Below, piece by piece: positions 49,836 through 62,010 of a stretch of 64,000 bases of DNA; position 1 is the first letter of the stretch; every line of letters starts with the position of its first letter. Source of the DNA: Rhizophagus irregularis (taxonomy: Eukaryota); contig NC_089436.1 in NCBI RefSeq assembly GCF_026210795.1, positions 620,001 to 684,000 on the forward strand. Direction: 5' to 3'. Below the pieces are notes generated by a model. That model saw only the letters and a program-made list of their open reading frames with translations, had not been told where the DNA came from and did not search any database. The position numbers were made by a program, and so were the translations under genes.

Positions 49836-52800
49836 CTTAACTCTTGAATAAGAGTTACCATAACAACAAAAAAAGATGTGCTTTTTATTTATAACTTACA
49901 TGCTACATGCTTCCCCGTATAATTAATTATTCAAAAAAAAAAAATGGCGGATACAAACGCAACCGAAGAGATAACAATTGAATCGCACAGATTATTGAAT
50001 TTAGAAATGAATAGCCAACGAACTTTATTTGACATTAAAGTCGTGTCACATTATACTCGCTTTTTGGAAATTCGGCCGCATATATCGAACGTACAATGAT
50101 TGTACAATAGTACAAAGGGATAAATTTAATCATTTTAATAAGACGACATGAAAAAAACAATTTAACACGTTAAACTCTTTTAGTAATAAAAATCCTTTTA
50201 ACTCCCATCGGCACAAAACGACCGAGATTTTTTTTTATTATTATTAAAATTGACTTTATAATTATAATTAAAAATATTATTATTAACAATATGATAAAAA
50301 ATGGGTTAAAATAAAGATAAAAAAGAACAATGAAATGGTAATTTTATAGACGAATAATGCAAGGCAAAAAAAAACATCAGCCCAATTTGATTACACAATG
50401 ATAACATTTTTTTCATTTAAACAAAATCAATATTAGAGGGAAATTTTCTCATATCACATAATCGAACAACTTTTTTAAAAATATACATTTATATATTAAC
50501 GTCAAAGACGCCATTTTACTCTCATGGATAAAAATAATTGTTTTTTTTTAGATCTTATTCTTTTTTTGTCTAACCTGTTGGGATAAAAGTTTTAGCGCGA
50601 AAGTTTTGTTGGTTAATAATCAAATATCATTGATATTGAGAAAATCACGTGATCCCGCCAAAAAAATTTTGCTTCGCCTCACTTCCTATAAAATGTACAT
50701 TTCATTGTTGATATATATATATTTATTTATTTATAAAAAAAAATGTCAAAAAAAAATATTGGTAATATTTATTATTTATCGGTTTTTTCCCTCTTTGAAA
50801 TGAATTAATATAAAACTATAAAAACAATATAAATTTTAATGAATAACACGACATTAAAAAATTCGAACGAAAGAATATTAGATTTTCCGAAATTTCTTTT
50901 CATGGAATTCTAATTTGAAAGAATGTTACGCAAATTTCCCATACACTGATATTTTTTTTCTCATCTAAGAACTAACAAGTTTTATTTTCTTTTCTCCTTA
51001 AAATTAATAGATATTTTTGTAAATAAGGTTTATCTCTTACAAATAATAAATTGTTATATTTGGTTTTTTTATTTAAAATCTCCTTTTTTGAAACATTAGA
51101 AATATTTGTATCACTTAATATTATTAAATCTGGAGTATTGCCGCGTGACTCATAATGGTTTTATTATCTAAGGATCTACAGATCTAATATAGACTTCAAT
51201 TTTTCCATCTCTGAGTTTTCTCTCTCTCTTTTTTTTACGACTTTTGGTAAGGCTTTGGATAATAGTTACGCTAAAACAGTAAAATAATTGATAAATTTTA
51301 TCCCATTGTTCATTTAATCAATTTTTTTTCTAGAATTTTAAAGATTCTAGATGTCGATTTTAGTCCCAGATGATATGAAAAAAAAAACCCCGTTTTAAAA
51401 TCGATTAAAAATCGATTTTAAACGATTCGATTTATCCAAATGGAAAAGAAATAAAATAAGATTTTCCCACCATTACATTATTTATTAAAAGTTGGGAGCA
51501 TGTGAAACGAATAAAAATCTATCCCAAAACTATATCACGTTAGTTTAAATGCATTCAATATAAAAATTCGAGTTAACCGGCCCGACGAAAATGGCGTGTA
51601 ATACTTCACATGATTGTAAAATCATGTGAATTGCTTACTTTTTTTAGAGGTTTTTTCTGCATATTGTGCATATTCGGGCTGAAATATTTTGTTACACAGT
51701 ATATTATATGGTTAGCTTTATATAGTCTTATTCCTCTTATTAAGTTTAACGTATGGAACTATTAGTACAATGAATACTGATAAAGATTTTTTTATTATTA
51801 TCACAAATTCTTGGCCCTAATCAATTATCACTATCACATATTAAACCAGTTAGTCTCGTAATTTTCACAATAATAGCGAAAAAGAAACTGTATATGGTAT
51901 TGGGATCGCTGCAGGTCCTTAATTAGAATGTATCCTAAATTCATTTGCATTTGTTAATCGAAATTTTAGGGTTCATTCTATTCGGAAATAAAAAAGTATT
52001 TTTACCATATTTGTTAAAAAAAAATTTCAAAATATATTTCTTTTTTTTTTTTTTAATTTGACAAAATATTTGAAATCACGTGATAGATTTGATTTTTTAT
52101 TTTTAATCCCGGCCGAAGAATTCATGATAATTTAGCCTGACATTTCTTTTACTATGTCATTATCACAGGAGATCAGGAGATGTCATACATAACCTGTTCA
52201 ACGCATAAAAATAAACATAAATATTTTCAACATTAGATCTTTACTATGGTCATTTTATTGATGTTATTGATGCAAAAACCGGTAATATTGCATTATGCAT
52301 GACTATGAAAGTGACTCTTTTCATTTCAACATTTCGGCCGATTTTTATTTAATTTAATTAGAAACTTCTTTCGAAATGTTATGATGTAAATAATGTAACA
52401 AAATTTTTTTAGATATTATACTAAGTCCATATAATTAAAAGAATTCTAACAATAGATCACTTTCAAAATTTTTTTTCTTTTTATGATCTAAAAATAAAAA
52501 TCCTCATCTTTATCCGAATACTTCGCTATCTCAAAATCTAAAACAACCCGAATAATTTACCATATGATAGATAGTACACGGATCAACTTTTTTTTTTTTA
52601 TGAGTGTGACGCGACTATGCATTAATTGTGATACTTTCCAAGGGTAAAATTCTAAGTTAATAGAAAATTTTCGTGCAGATTGCTTGAAACAAGAACCCCT
52701 TGTTATGCATACATTAAAAAAAAAGGCCATCATGTATATCTTTCTTTTTTTAAATAATGTCAGCCAGAATTTTATAATTTTGGCCCTGAAAAGAATGAAT

Positions 52801-54269
52801 ACATGCACACCCTCCCCTAGATCTATTATTTATTTATATAATGACTGTTATAACTCGGCAGCTTGAGACCCTAAAATAAATGTAATTAGGCAAAGAATTT
52901 TTATATACCATAACATTACCACCATAACTAACGATTGTTTAGGAAAAGATTAAGATTCTAATATTTAATTTCATTATTTGAATTAACTTTAATTTCACCT
53001 TATTTAGAATTATATTGATTATCCTCAGGAAATACAAGTTATCTACAACGAAAACTTAAATAGAAGTTCATTGGAGCAATGAAATAGTTCATATTGTACA
53101 ATTCATTGAGAAAACAAAATTTAAATAAATAGGATAAAATAATTTAATATAAAAAGTATATCTCTCTCTTCAAATGGTATTAGAAGATATTACTAATATT
53201 ACACATATAATTTTGTTACGCGTACAAATGTTTGAATCACAAATGTTGACACAAAAAAAAAGAAAAATTTTTGCAAATTAAAAATAAAGTTAATTAAAAA
53301 CTATGAAACGCTTCAGATTAATTAACGATAAGTGTTTTATATAATGATATATATATTGGCTTTTTTTATACAGTATATATTTTACAGTATACTAGGAAAA
53401 AAAAAACTCTTGTTTTTCGATTTTATAACGGTTCATCTTTTTTTTAAAAAATATAATATGTACTGTATATATATATTATATATTATTATTCAACGGCAAA
53501 ATAAAAAAAAAGCCTCTCCCCCCAATCTGATAGCCAACGAATTTGACGTTATCTATTTAATTTTAATTTTGAAACCCGTCCTAGCGTCCCGTGTAATGTT
53601 TGTTGTCAAATTTGTTCAAATATAATATAAATATATTTTTAATTATATTATAATTGTGTGGCGCAGTTTACATTTTAATTGACCGAAATTAAATTGTAAC
53701 ATCAATCGATTCTATTGGATATATATAAAACATTTTGACATCATTTATAAATTAAATGCATTTGAGAAACAATATAATCACGAAAATAATTTGAATGAAT
53801 TAATTGAATAAAATTCTTTAATGGAACGATTTTTTGTTTATCTTATTTATGTGTGATAATTTCCGATACACATAATAATTAATAAATAAAATTTTGTCTT
53901 ATAACACGGATGATAAATAGAATTTTTTCGATCTTTTTCAATCTCGTAATTATTTTACGCATAATGTTTGTAGTATAATCATTAAAGTCTTTAATCAAAT
54001 AGAATTCATCTTTTTTTTAAAAAAAAAATGTTTCATAAAGTAACCATAAATGATTTAGTCCAACTGCAAAAGCTAAATGTAACTGTATTAAAATTTTTTA
54101 AAAAATTGGAAAATATTTTCTCTTTATAATGTTTTATCTGTGGGGTAAAATGGTAAAATAAATATACAATAAATAATTATAATACATATTATATATATAT
54201 TATTTATGAAAAAAAATGAATTGCACAGATTTTATTATTTATTTCAATAAAAGTTTTCTCCGGATGATT

Positions 54270-54301
<32 letters not shown>

Positions 54302-54355
54302 TAATAATAATAATAATAATAATTATAATTAATTATAATTAATTATAATTATAAT
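54270..54355. repeat. (AAT)n microsatellite and AATTAT repeats
   Basis: Directly visible. Confidence 0.85.
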
Positions 54356-54932
54356 TTGTACTGTTACTGCTGTATATTATTTTAGTTGAAGAAAACTTAT
54401 ACCACGTTTTAAAACCGTCCATGTTTCACTCATGTAAGGACTTACATGTGTCGATTTTTTGATAGGTTATGTCGACTGTTGCTCGTAGCTTATAATTCCT
54501 GTCTACCAACCAGTTTTAATACCGAAATGCAACTTAAATACCTTTTTTTTTTTAAGCTTACGGCTAAGATCCTCAGGCTAAACAAACAAAAAACAAGGTC
54601 GCGAGTGCTTTTTTTAGACCCCTAATAATTCTAAATTAAAATATTACTCAAATTCGACCCATGTTTCATCATCCTTCTTCTTCTCGGTTTCTCCCATTTC
54701 CTCTTCCACTTACTTCCTTTACTTATCCAGTACTCATTACTTCCAATTAAAAGTGGAATGTACGATTCACTCCTTCTTTCGTTTCGATATCAAATTTCTA
54801 ACTATAGATAATTATAAATCTTTTAAAAAAAAAAAAAAATTACATACATATATATTTATTGAATTTTTTCTTTCTTACTTTCTTTATTTATTTCTAATAT
54901 TATATATATATATATTTTTTTTTTGTTGAGTT

Positions 54933-56170
54933 ATGCCTGAATATTCACCCTTGGTCGTTCTTTATATTACTACACACTTGATAAGCCTAATTTTATTATC
55001 TATTCTCGTTTTTCTCATTTTAAAGACCGGATCTTTTATTTCGAAGTGGACTTTATTTCAACTATGCATATGCTTATTTGTCTTGGGTTTATCGAGTTTA
55101 CTTACCGTAATAATATACGGAGATAGTATGAAAGATAAAGCTCTCGACACTCCTTTGTGTATAATTCAAAATAAAATTATATTATTAATTTATTGTCCTT
55201 TAAAATTATTTCCGGGAGCTTTATGTATATATTTATGGTTCGCGGTAGCACGTTCTAATTATTCTATAGAACAAAATTATTTTTGGTATTTTAGCGGTGT
55301 AATTTGGGTCACAACAATATGTGTAAATATAGTTGGTTTTAGGGAAAATAGAAAGGAAAAAAATTGGGGCGTTATACCGGGTGAATTTTTTTGTAAATCG
55401 ACTCCTTCTAATACAGTATGGTTGTTTTATCTTATTCCAACAACTGTATATGCCTTTTCTTCGCTATTAGTTTCAGGTAAAATACATGATCTTCGATCCA
55501 CAAATGGTATTTTCATGTGTCACCATTTTTTATAGTTTGCAACACGAATTAATTTTTTTTTTTTTTACCAAAAAAAACACAGCACATTCTAGTTATATTC
55601 TATGGGGTCGATGGCGTAATTTTAATCAAAAACAGAATCGGCGAACAGCGATAGATCTTGGTTATGCTGTCAGATTAACCGTTTTAAGTGGTTTTTATTC
55701 GATTTTACTTTTAGCTTCATTGATACCTTCAGTTACTGAGAAAATTGATAATGATATGACAGCCAACAATCAAACCATTACATTTCTTGATTTTGCCCCT
55801 GCATTTTTGTACGTATGATTAATTAAATTCCTTTTATATATATATTTCATAAATTCATTTATATATATATATTTCTTTTTTTTTTAGTGGTACAATGCTC
55901 TTTATGATTTTTGGAACAACAAAATCAGCAGCAATCTTTCTTCCATGTTGTTATTATATTCCTCCAAGTGAACGTAAAAGACAAAGATCAATGATAAGTC
56001 AACAATATGAAAATTCTTCAATAAGATCTCGTATAAATGATTCTATTGAATTAGATGTAATAATTAAACAAGATAGTTCTGGAATTAAACAAGAAATTTC
56101 TGGAACCGAATCAATATTTGAATCAAATTTTGCAACGGTTTCAACTAGGAATTCAATACTTGAAGATTAA
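54933..56170 (+). CDS. 7TM GPCR-like membrane protein; exons 54933-55476, 55583-55808, 55888-56170
   Basis: Seven hydrophobic segments. Shares KWTLFQLCI, IYGD, LC.IQ, QNRRTAI.LGYAVRL and AAI.LPCCYY.PP, and both intron positions and phases, with 39092-40305. Confidence 0.75.
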
Positions 56171-56519
56171 TAATAATGATGATAAACAAAAAAACAAACA
56201 TCGTAAATTTGTAAAAAGAAAAAAAGTAAATCTGTAAATTAGCAAAAATTTAGATAAAAAAAAAAAATATTGAATTTTTATATTATTATATTATTATATT
56301 AATTTTTATATATCGTAGAAAGAAGAAAAACTTTTTTAATTTGAAATTAAAAAAATTTATTTTTTCTTTAAAATGAGAGATTGGAGATATGATATGGGAG
56401 ATATGATATGGGATGATATGTAAGATAACAAACAAAAAAATAACAAGTACAAGAACAAGAAATTAATTAATTACGTGGATCAAAATGGAAAGTTTATTAT
56501 TATTATAATTATAATTAAT

Positions 56520-56782
56520 TATTAGCCAAGATTACTATTAACTGAGATTACTATTAGTCAAGATAAAATTATTATTTAACCGAGATTATTATTAGTCAAG
56601 TTAATTATTATTAAACGAGATTATTATTAGTCAAGTTAATTATTATTAACCGAGATTACTATTAATCAAGTTAATTATTTTTAACAAAGATTACTATTAG
56701 TCAAGTTAATTATTTTTAATCGAGATTACTAGTTAACTATTTTTAATCGAGATTACTATTAACCGAGATTATTATTAACTGA
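56520..56782. repeat. ~35-bp AT-rich minisatellite (CGAGATTAYTATTAGTCAAGTTAATTATTATTAAC)
   Basis: Several degenerate copies, themselves built from ~17-18-bp subunits. Confidence 0.8.
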
Positions 56783-57399
56783 GAAGGAAAAAATAATTAC
56801 AAAAAAAAACAGCTGTAACTTTTTTTTTTAATTATTAATATTTAATATTTATTTGCATGTCTTTTTTTCTTTTTTTTTTTTAATTCTTTTTATTTAATTT
56901 CTTGGGAGTATAATTAGTATAATTTTCTTTAATATATCTTCCACCTACAAAAAAAAAAAAAAAAAAATTTAAATAGAATTAAAAAAAAAAAAGAATAATA
57001 AAAAAAAAAGTCCCCGATCTCGGGAATTTTTGTATTGCATAAAAAAAAATATGACATGTGAGGCCAAGAAATTTTTCAATCAGTTCTTTTTTTTCCCTGC
57101 TTTCCTTGCTTTCCCTGATTTCCCTGCATGTTCACATGTTAAATGATAATCACTTGCTTTACCCTTAAATATTTGTTAATTATTACTATAATGGATTTCA
57201 TTTTTTGGACGAAAAAGAATATACTTTTAACTATAAAAAGAAGTTATTGTTATTGTATATGAAATTTTTTTCTCACTCTAATTGGTTTATAATACATTTA
57301 TATAATATATCCATAACCATGGTTTATCCGTTAATGGGATTTGAATGATAGAAGCTCATCATATTTATTATACGTACACCCTCTTGGGGAGATTGAACA

Positions 57400-57512
57400 A
57401 GAGGGAGCATTTATGAAGGGTATACATAATGGCCACATTTATGGAGGGTACATTTTATGGAGGGTGCATTTATAGAGGGTGCATTTAAGGGGGGTACATT
57501 TTATAGAGAGCT
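57400..57512. repeat. Degenerate ~15-17-bp repeat (CATTTATGGAGGGTR)
   Basis: About six copies visible. Confidence 0.6.
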
Positions 57513-58049
57513 GATGGTTTAGTGGGCAGGCAATAGTACCCGAGTATCTTCCAAATTTAGTGGTAACTTTATATTACATGAATTTTATTGCAAAATTATA
57601 TATAATCGGATAAATTGTAATATATAATGTCGCATATATAATGTAATTTATATTATGGGTATGGGAACTTGGGGGCTGCATTAAATATGGTAGTTTAGAT
57701 CAACTTTTAAAACATTCCATTTATTCCATTTATTCATGCCTTTTTTTATAATTCTTGAATGACTTCTTGAGCATGAGGCATGTAATCGAAATTTTTTTGT
57801 TACACATTCGATAGGATGAAGTCGGGAAACCCGCCCACGTACTCACGTATCCTAAGGTTCATAGTTCATACATAATTTTGGAGGTGCCAAAATAATAATA
57901 AATCCCCTTTTCGGGATAACCCTAATTAATACAATGATTATTATTTATTATCATTTCCCGAAATCCCCGAATACATGCATTATTGACACGCGTGTATAAA
58001 ATTAATTATTAAGATAAAATATTAATAAATTAAAAAAATGTCTTCTGTT

Positions 58050-58167
58050 AGTTACGGCCATACACAGTGAAAAGCACCGGAACCCGTCCGATCTCCGAAG
58101 TTAAGCCACTGATGGCCCAGTCAGTACTACGGTTGGGGACAACGTGGGAATACTGGGTGCTGTAACT
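58050..58167 (+). rRNA. 5S rRNA: 5S ribosomal RNA gene (dispersed copy)
   Basis: AGTTACGGCCATAC...CCCGTCCGATCTCCGAAGTTAAGC...AGTACTACGG..GGGAATAC..GTGCTGTAACT. The 5' and 3' ends pair; length 118 nt. Confidence 0.97.
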
Positions 58168-58190
58168 TTTAATTTTTTTTTTTTTTTTTT
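58167..58190 (+). terminator. RNA polymerase III terminator (T-runs) after the 5S gene
   Basis: TTTT immediately at the 3' end, followed by a long T tract. Confidence 0.75.
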
Positions 58191-58646
58191 GATATAAAAA
58201 GGGTTTTGTAATACAATTTAATCAAAAATATCGAATTTCAGAATTGGGTATCATTTAGAACGTTCAACAACTTTTTTTTTTTATGACATATTTTTTTTCT
58301 TGAAGTTATCAAAAGATAAAGATACTGCGGCAACTGCGTTACTAATTTATACAAAAATGTAATAAACCTGAAATTTATATAATTTATCCAAATAAAGGGT
58401 TGATGAGTTAATTCGAATCTATTTTTAACAAAAAGGTTCCTAGATTTTTTTTTTTATAAAGTGATTTTCTTTTTTTCCTTTTCTTTTCTTTTTATTATTA
58501 TTATTATTATTATTGATTATTGATTTTATCTTTTTTTTTTTTATATATTATTTTTAAATTTATTTAATTTATTTTTATTTTTATTTTTTTTTATTTTATT
58601 TTTTATTTTTATTTTTTATTTTTATTTTTAAATAATTTTTTAAAGA

Positions 58647-61030
58647 ATGACATCACCGTCTAAAGAATGTGTTACTTGTGGAAAAAATAATTCGGTAGGA
58701 TTTTGGTGTACTAATTGCGAACATCAAAGATTTCGTGATAACTTTCAAAATTGGACGAGCGAAAATGATTTAATTGATGATTTAATTAGAAATGTACAAC
58801 TTTCATCATCTTGTTCGGAAGAATATATTGAATGGATACCATTTTCAGATCTTGAATTTGTAAAATATCATGGTAGAGGTAGACATAGTACAATATATAC
58901 AGCATCATGGCTTCGTGGACCATTACGTACATTTGATGAATTAAGTGAAGATTATGTAAGATCTGGACCTCGAAAGGTTGTCCTAAAATCTCTTGATAAT
59001 TCTAGGAATATTAATCCACAATATTGTTATATGGTACGTTATTTATAAAAAAAAAAATTTAATTATTTTAAATTTATTATTAATTATTTACTTACGGTAA
59101 TTACAATTTTTTAGTTAAGGGAATGTATTTGTCAAAAATATGAAAATGATTACGAATTATGTTATGGATTAACTCGTGATCCTATATATAAAGATTATAT
59201 GTTAGTAATGGATTATTCTGAGAATGGAAATCTTTATGATTATATTAAAGAGAAAGATAGGTTTGTTTTGGATTGGATAAAAATAATTGAAGATTGTTGT
59301 GAATTATCAAGAATTTTAGACTCGTTACATTCTCGTAATTTAGTTCATGGAAATCTCCATGGAGGGAACGTTTTAAGTACGGTCGAAGGATTTACAATTT
59401 CGGATATGGGACTTGGTCATCCAGCAGATGAAATTCCATTCATGAAAATTTATGGTGTTTTACCTTTCGTTGCACCTGAAGTTATTCGTGGTGAAAGATA
59501 TACACCTTCAGCTGATATTTATAGTTTTGGAATCATAATGTGGATGTTATCATCAATTCAATTACCTTTCGCTGATAGATCTCATGATTTAGAACTTGCA
59601 AAAGATATTATTAATGGTCTTCGTCCAACTATTGAAATTTGTATGCCAGAATTATTTTTGGATTTGATGACAAGATGTTGGAATGAAAATATTGAAGTTC
59701 GACCTACTTCTAATGAATTAGTAAAATTATTAACGGAATGGAAATATGCATTACAAAATTTTGATTATTATACTATGGAAGATTATAATCATTTAATTAT
59801 TTCTCAAGTTGATGAAGTTGATGATGTTTATATGGATACGAATATTATTAGATCTCATAATATACATGAGAATGCTATTTATACTAGTCAACTTATCGAT
59901 TTTTGTTCATTACGTCGAATCAATCATCTTAACGAATCTCCTATCGATGCTTTACTTAAAAGTAAGCCACGTTCAACAAATATATACATATATATATATT
60001 TTTTTTATACTATACTTATTATACTTTTTTTAAAAAACTAATTTTTTTTTTTATTATTATTATTACAGGACATCTCATAGATATTATACCATATGAACAA
60101 TTTAGTGAAATTCAATTGATTTCTCATGGAGGGTATAGTTCAATGTATTCGGCATTTTGGAAGGAAAGAGGAATTAAAGTTGCCATGAAAATGTTTCGTG
60201 ATGTTTTTAACTTAGATTTTGGATTTCTTTCATCATTAAATTCATGTTTGAATTTAAGAAATTATGAAATAGGGTCAGAATATTATGGAATAACTAAAGA
60301 TCCTATAAGTCATAATTACGTTATTTTAATGCAATATTTTGAAGCAGGAAATTTATATAATCAAACATTTTTAAATTGGAGAGGGAAAATACTTTCATTA
60401 TTAAAAATATCATTAAAATTAAAAGAAATTCATGGTTTAGGATTAATTCATAAAAATCTTCATGGAGGAAATTTATTACCAATTTATAATAATAATGGTA
60501 ATGAATATGAATGGTTTATAACAGATACTGGAATAACAAAATCAAATTGTTATAAATTATATGGTGTATTACCATTTATGGCACCAGAAGTATTAATACA
60601 TAATAATTTTACACAATCTTCAGATATTTATAGTTTATCAATGATAATGTATATTATATTAACTGGGTTTAAACCATTTAATAATAAGGTACATAATATA
60701 AAATTGGCCACAAATATTGTTTTAAATCAAAAAAGACCCGATATTTTTTCAATTTCATTGGATAATATTCCAAATGATTATTTAAAATTATTAAAACAAT
60801 GTTGGTCTCATAATCCTATTAATAGACCAAATATTAATCAAATTATAGATATACTTGAAGATTGGATTACACAATTGGATCATAGATCTTGTACTAGAAT
60901 TACTGAACAATTTGTAAAATGTGAAAAATCCGGTTTTACGGATCCAGCTAATTTTTATATTTGTGAAGATGATGATAGTTATTATAGTAGAAATTTTACC
61001 GATTGGAAAAAAGATCTTTGTTTTTATTAG
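58647..61030 (+). CDS. Tandem two-domain tyrosine-kinase-like (TKL) protein, probably a pseudokinase; exons 58647-59033, 59115-59961, 60069-61030
   Basis: N-terminal CxxC..CxxC, NFQNWTSENDLID, EWIPFSDL; two kinase folds, each with YGVLPF.APE and DIYS; catalytic loops HGNLHGGN and HKNLHGGN. Confidence 0.9.
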
Positions 61031-61099
61031 ATAATTTATATAATTTTTTTTTTTTTGAATAACGTAATTAACGTATTTTAAAATTATTTTATCTTCCAA

Positions 61100-62010
61100 A
61101 TTTTCACGTATTCACTCACTACTTTGGATTTTTTTATAAAAATTTAATATTTATATATATTTATATCCACGCACCCAAAATTCTCGATCACAACCATTCC
61201 ACTTAATCATTCGCTCATTCACTAATTCACTCATTCACCCATTTTGCTCATTCGTTCGTATTTAAAAAATTATTTATTTTCAAATTTTCACTATTTTGTA
61301 TTTTTTAATAAAAATTTTATTATTTACACTCACACGCACACAGAATTCCACTTAATCATTCGTTCATTCACTCAATTCACTCATCCGCTCTTTGGATTTT
61401 TTAAATTTTTATATTTAACACTCACACAAAATTCTCGATCACGACATTCCTCTTAATCATTCGCTCATTCGCTCGTATTTAGAATTAATTATCTTCAAAT
61501 TTTTCACATGTCAAATTCACTACTTTGATCAAATTTTATATTTACGCTCACGCACACAAAATTCTTGATCATAACATTCCACTTAATCATTCACTCATTC
61601 ACTTGTATTTAGAATTATCTATCTCCAAATATTCATGTGTCAAATTCACTACTTTTTGATTTTTTTTAATAAAATTTTATAATTATTTATTTATTTATTC
61701 ACTCACACAAGAAATTCTCGTCACAAGATTTTAATCTCCGTCACGTTGCGCACAAAAAAAAAAAATTCTCGACCACAAAATTATATTCATTCTCACACAC
61801 AAATTACAATTCTCGTCATAAAATTCCACTTAATCATTTACTCTCAAATCTCACTCTCAAATTTCACTCTCAAATTTCAACTCTCAAATTTCAATTCTCA
61901 ATTTCAATTCTCAAATTTCAACTCTCAAATTTCAATTCTCAAATTTCAACTCTCAAATTTCAACTCTTAGATTTCACTTTCAAATTTCATTCTCAAATTT
62001 CACACTCTCT
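61100..62010. repeat. Complex repeat array: ~100-250-bp units with core TTCCACTTAATCATTCGCTCATTC, then 14-bp TCTCAAATTTCAAY repeats
   Basis: Cores at ~61197, 61346, 61447, 61577 and 61824; short-period array 61842-62010. Confidence 0.85.

Noticed and set aside
49900..54900. Short ORFs in the 5-kb intergenic region (likewise 12486-13581, 16097-17024, 24593-25393, 28991-29278)
   Set aside because: F/I/K/Y-rich translations of poly-A/T noncoding DNA with no motifs or splice support.
56520..56782. CRISPR-like array
   Set aside because: Degenerate tandem repeat with no spacers.
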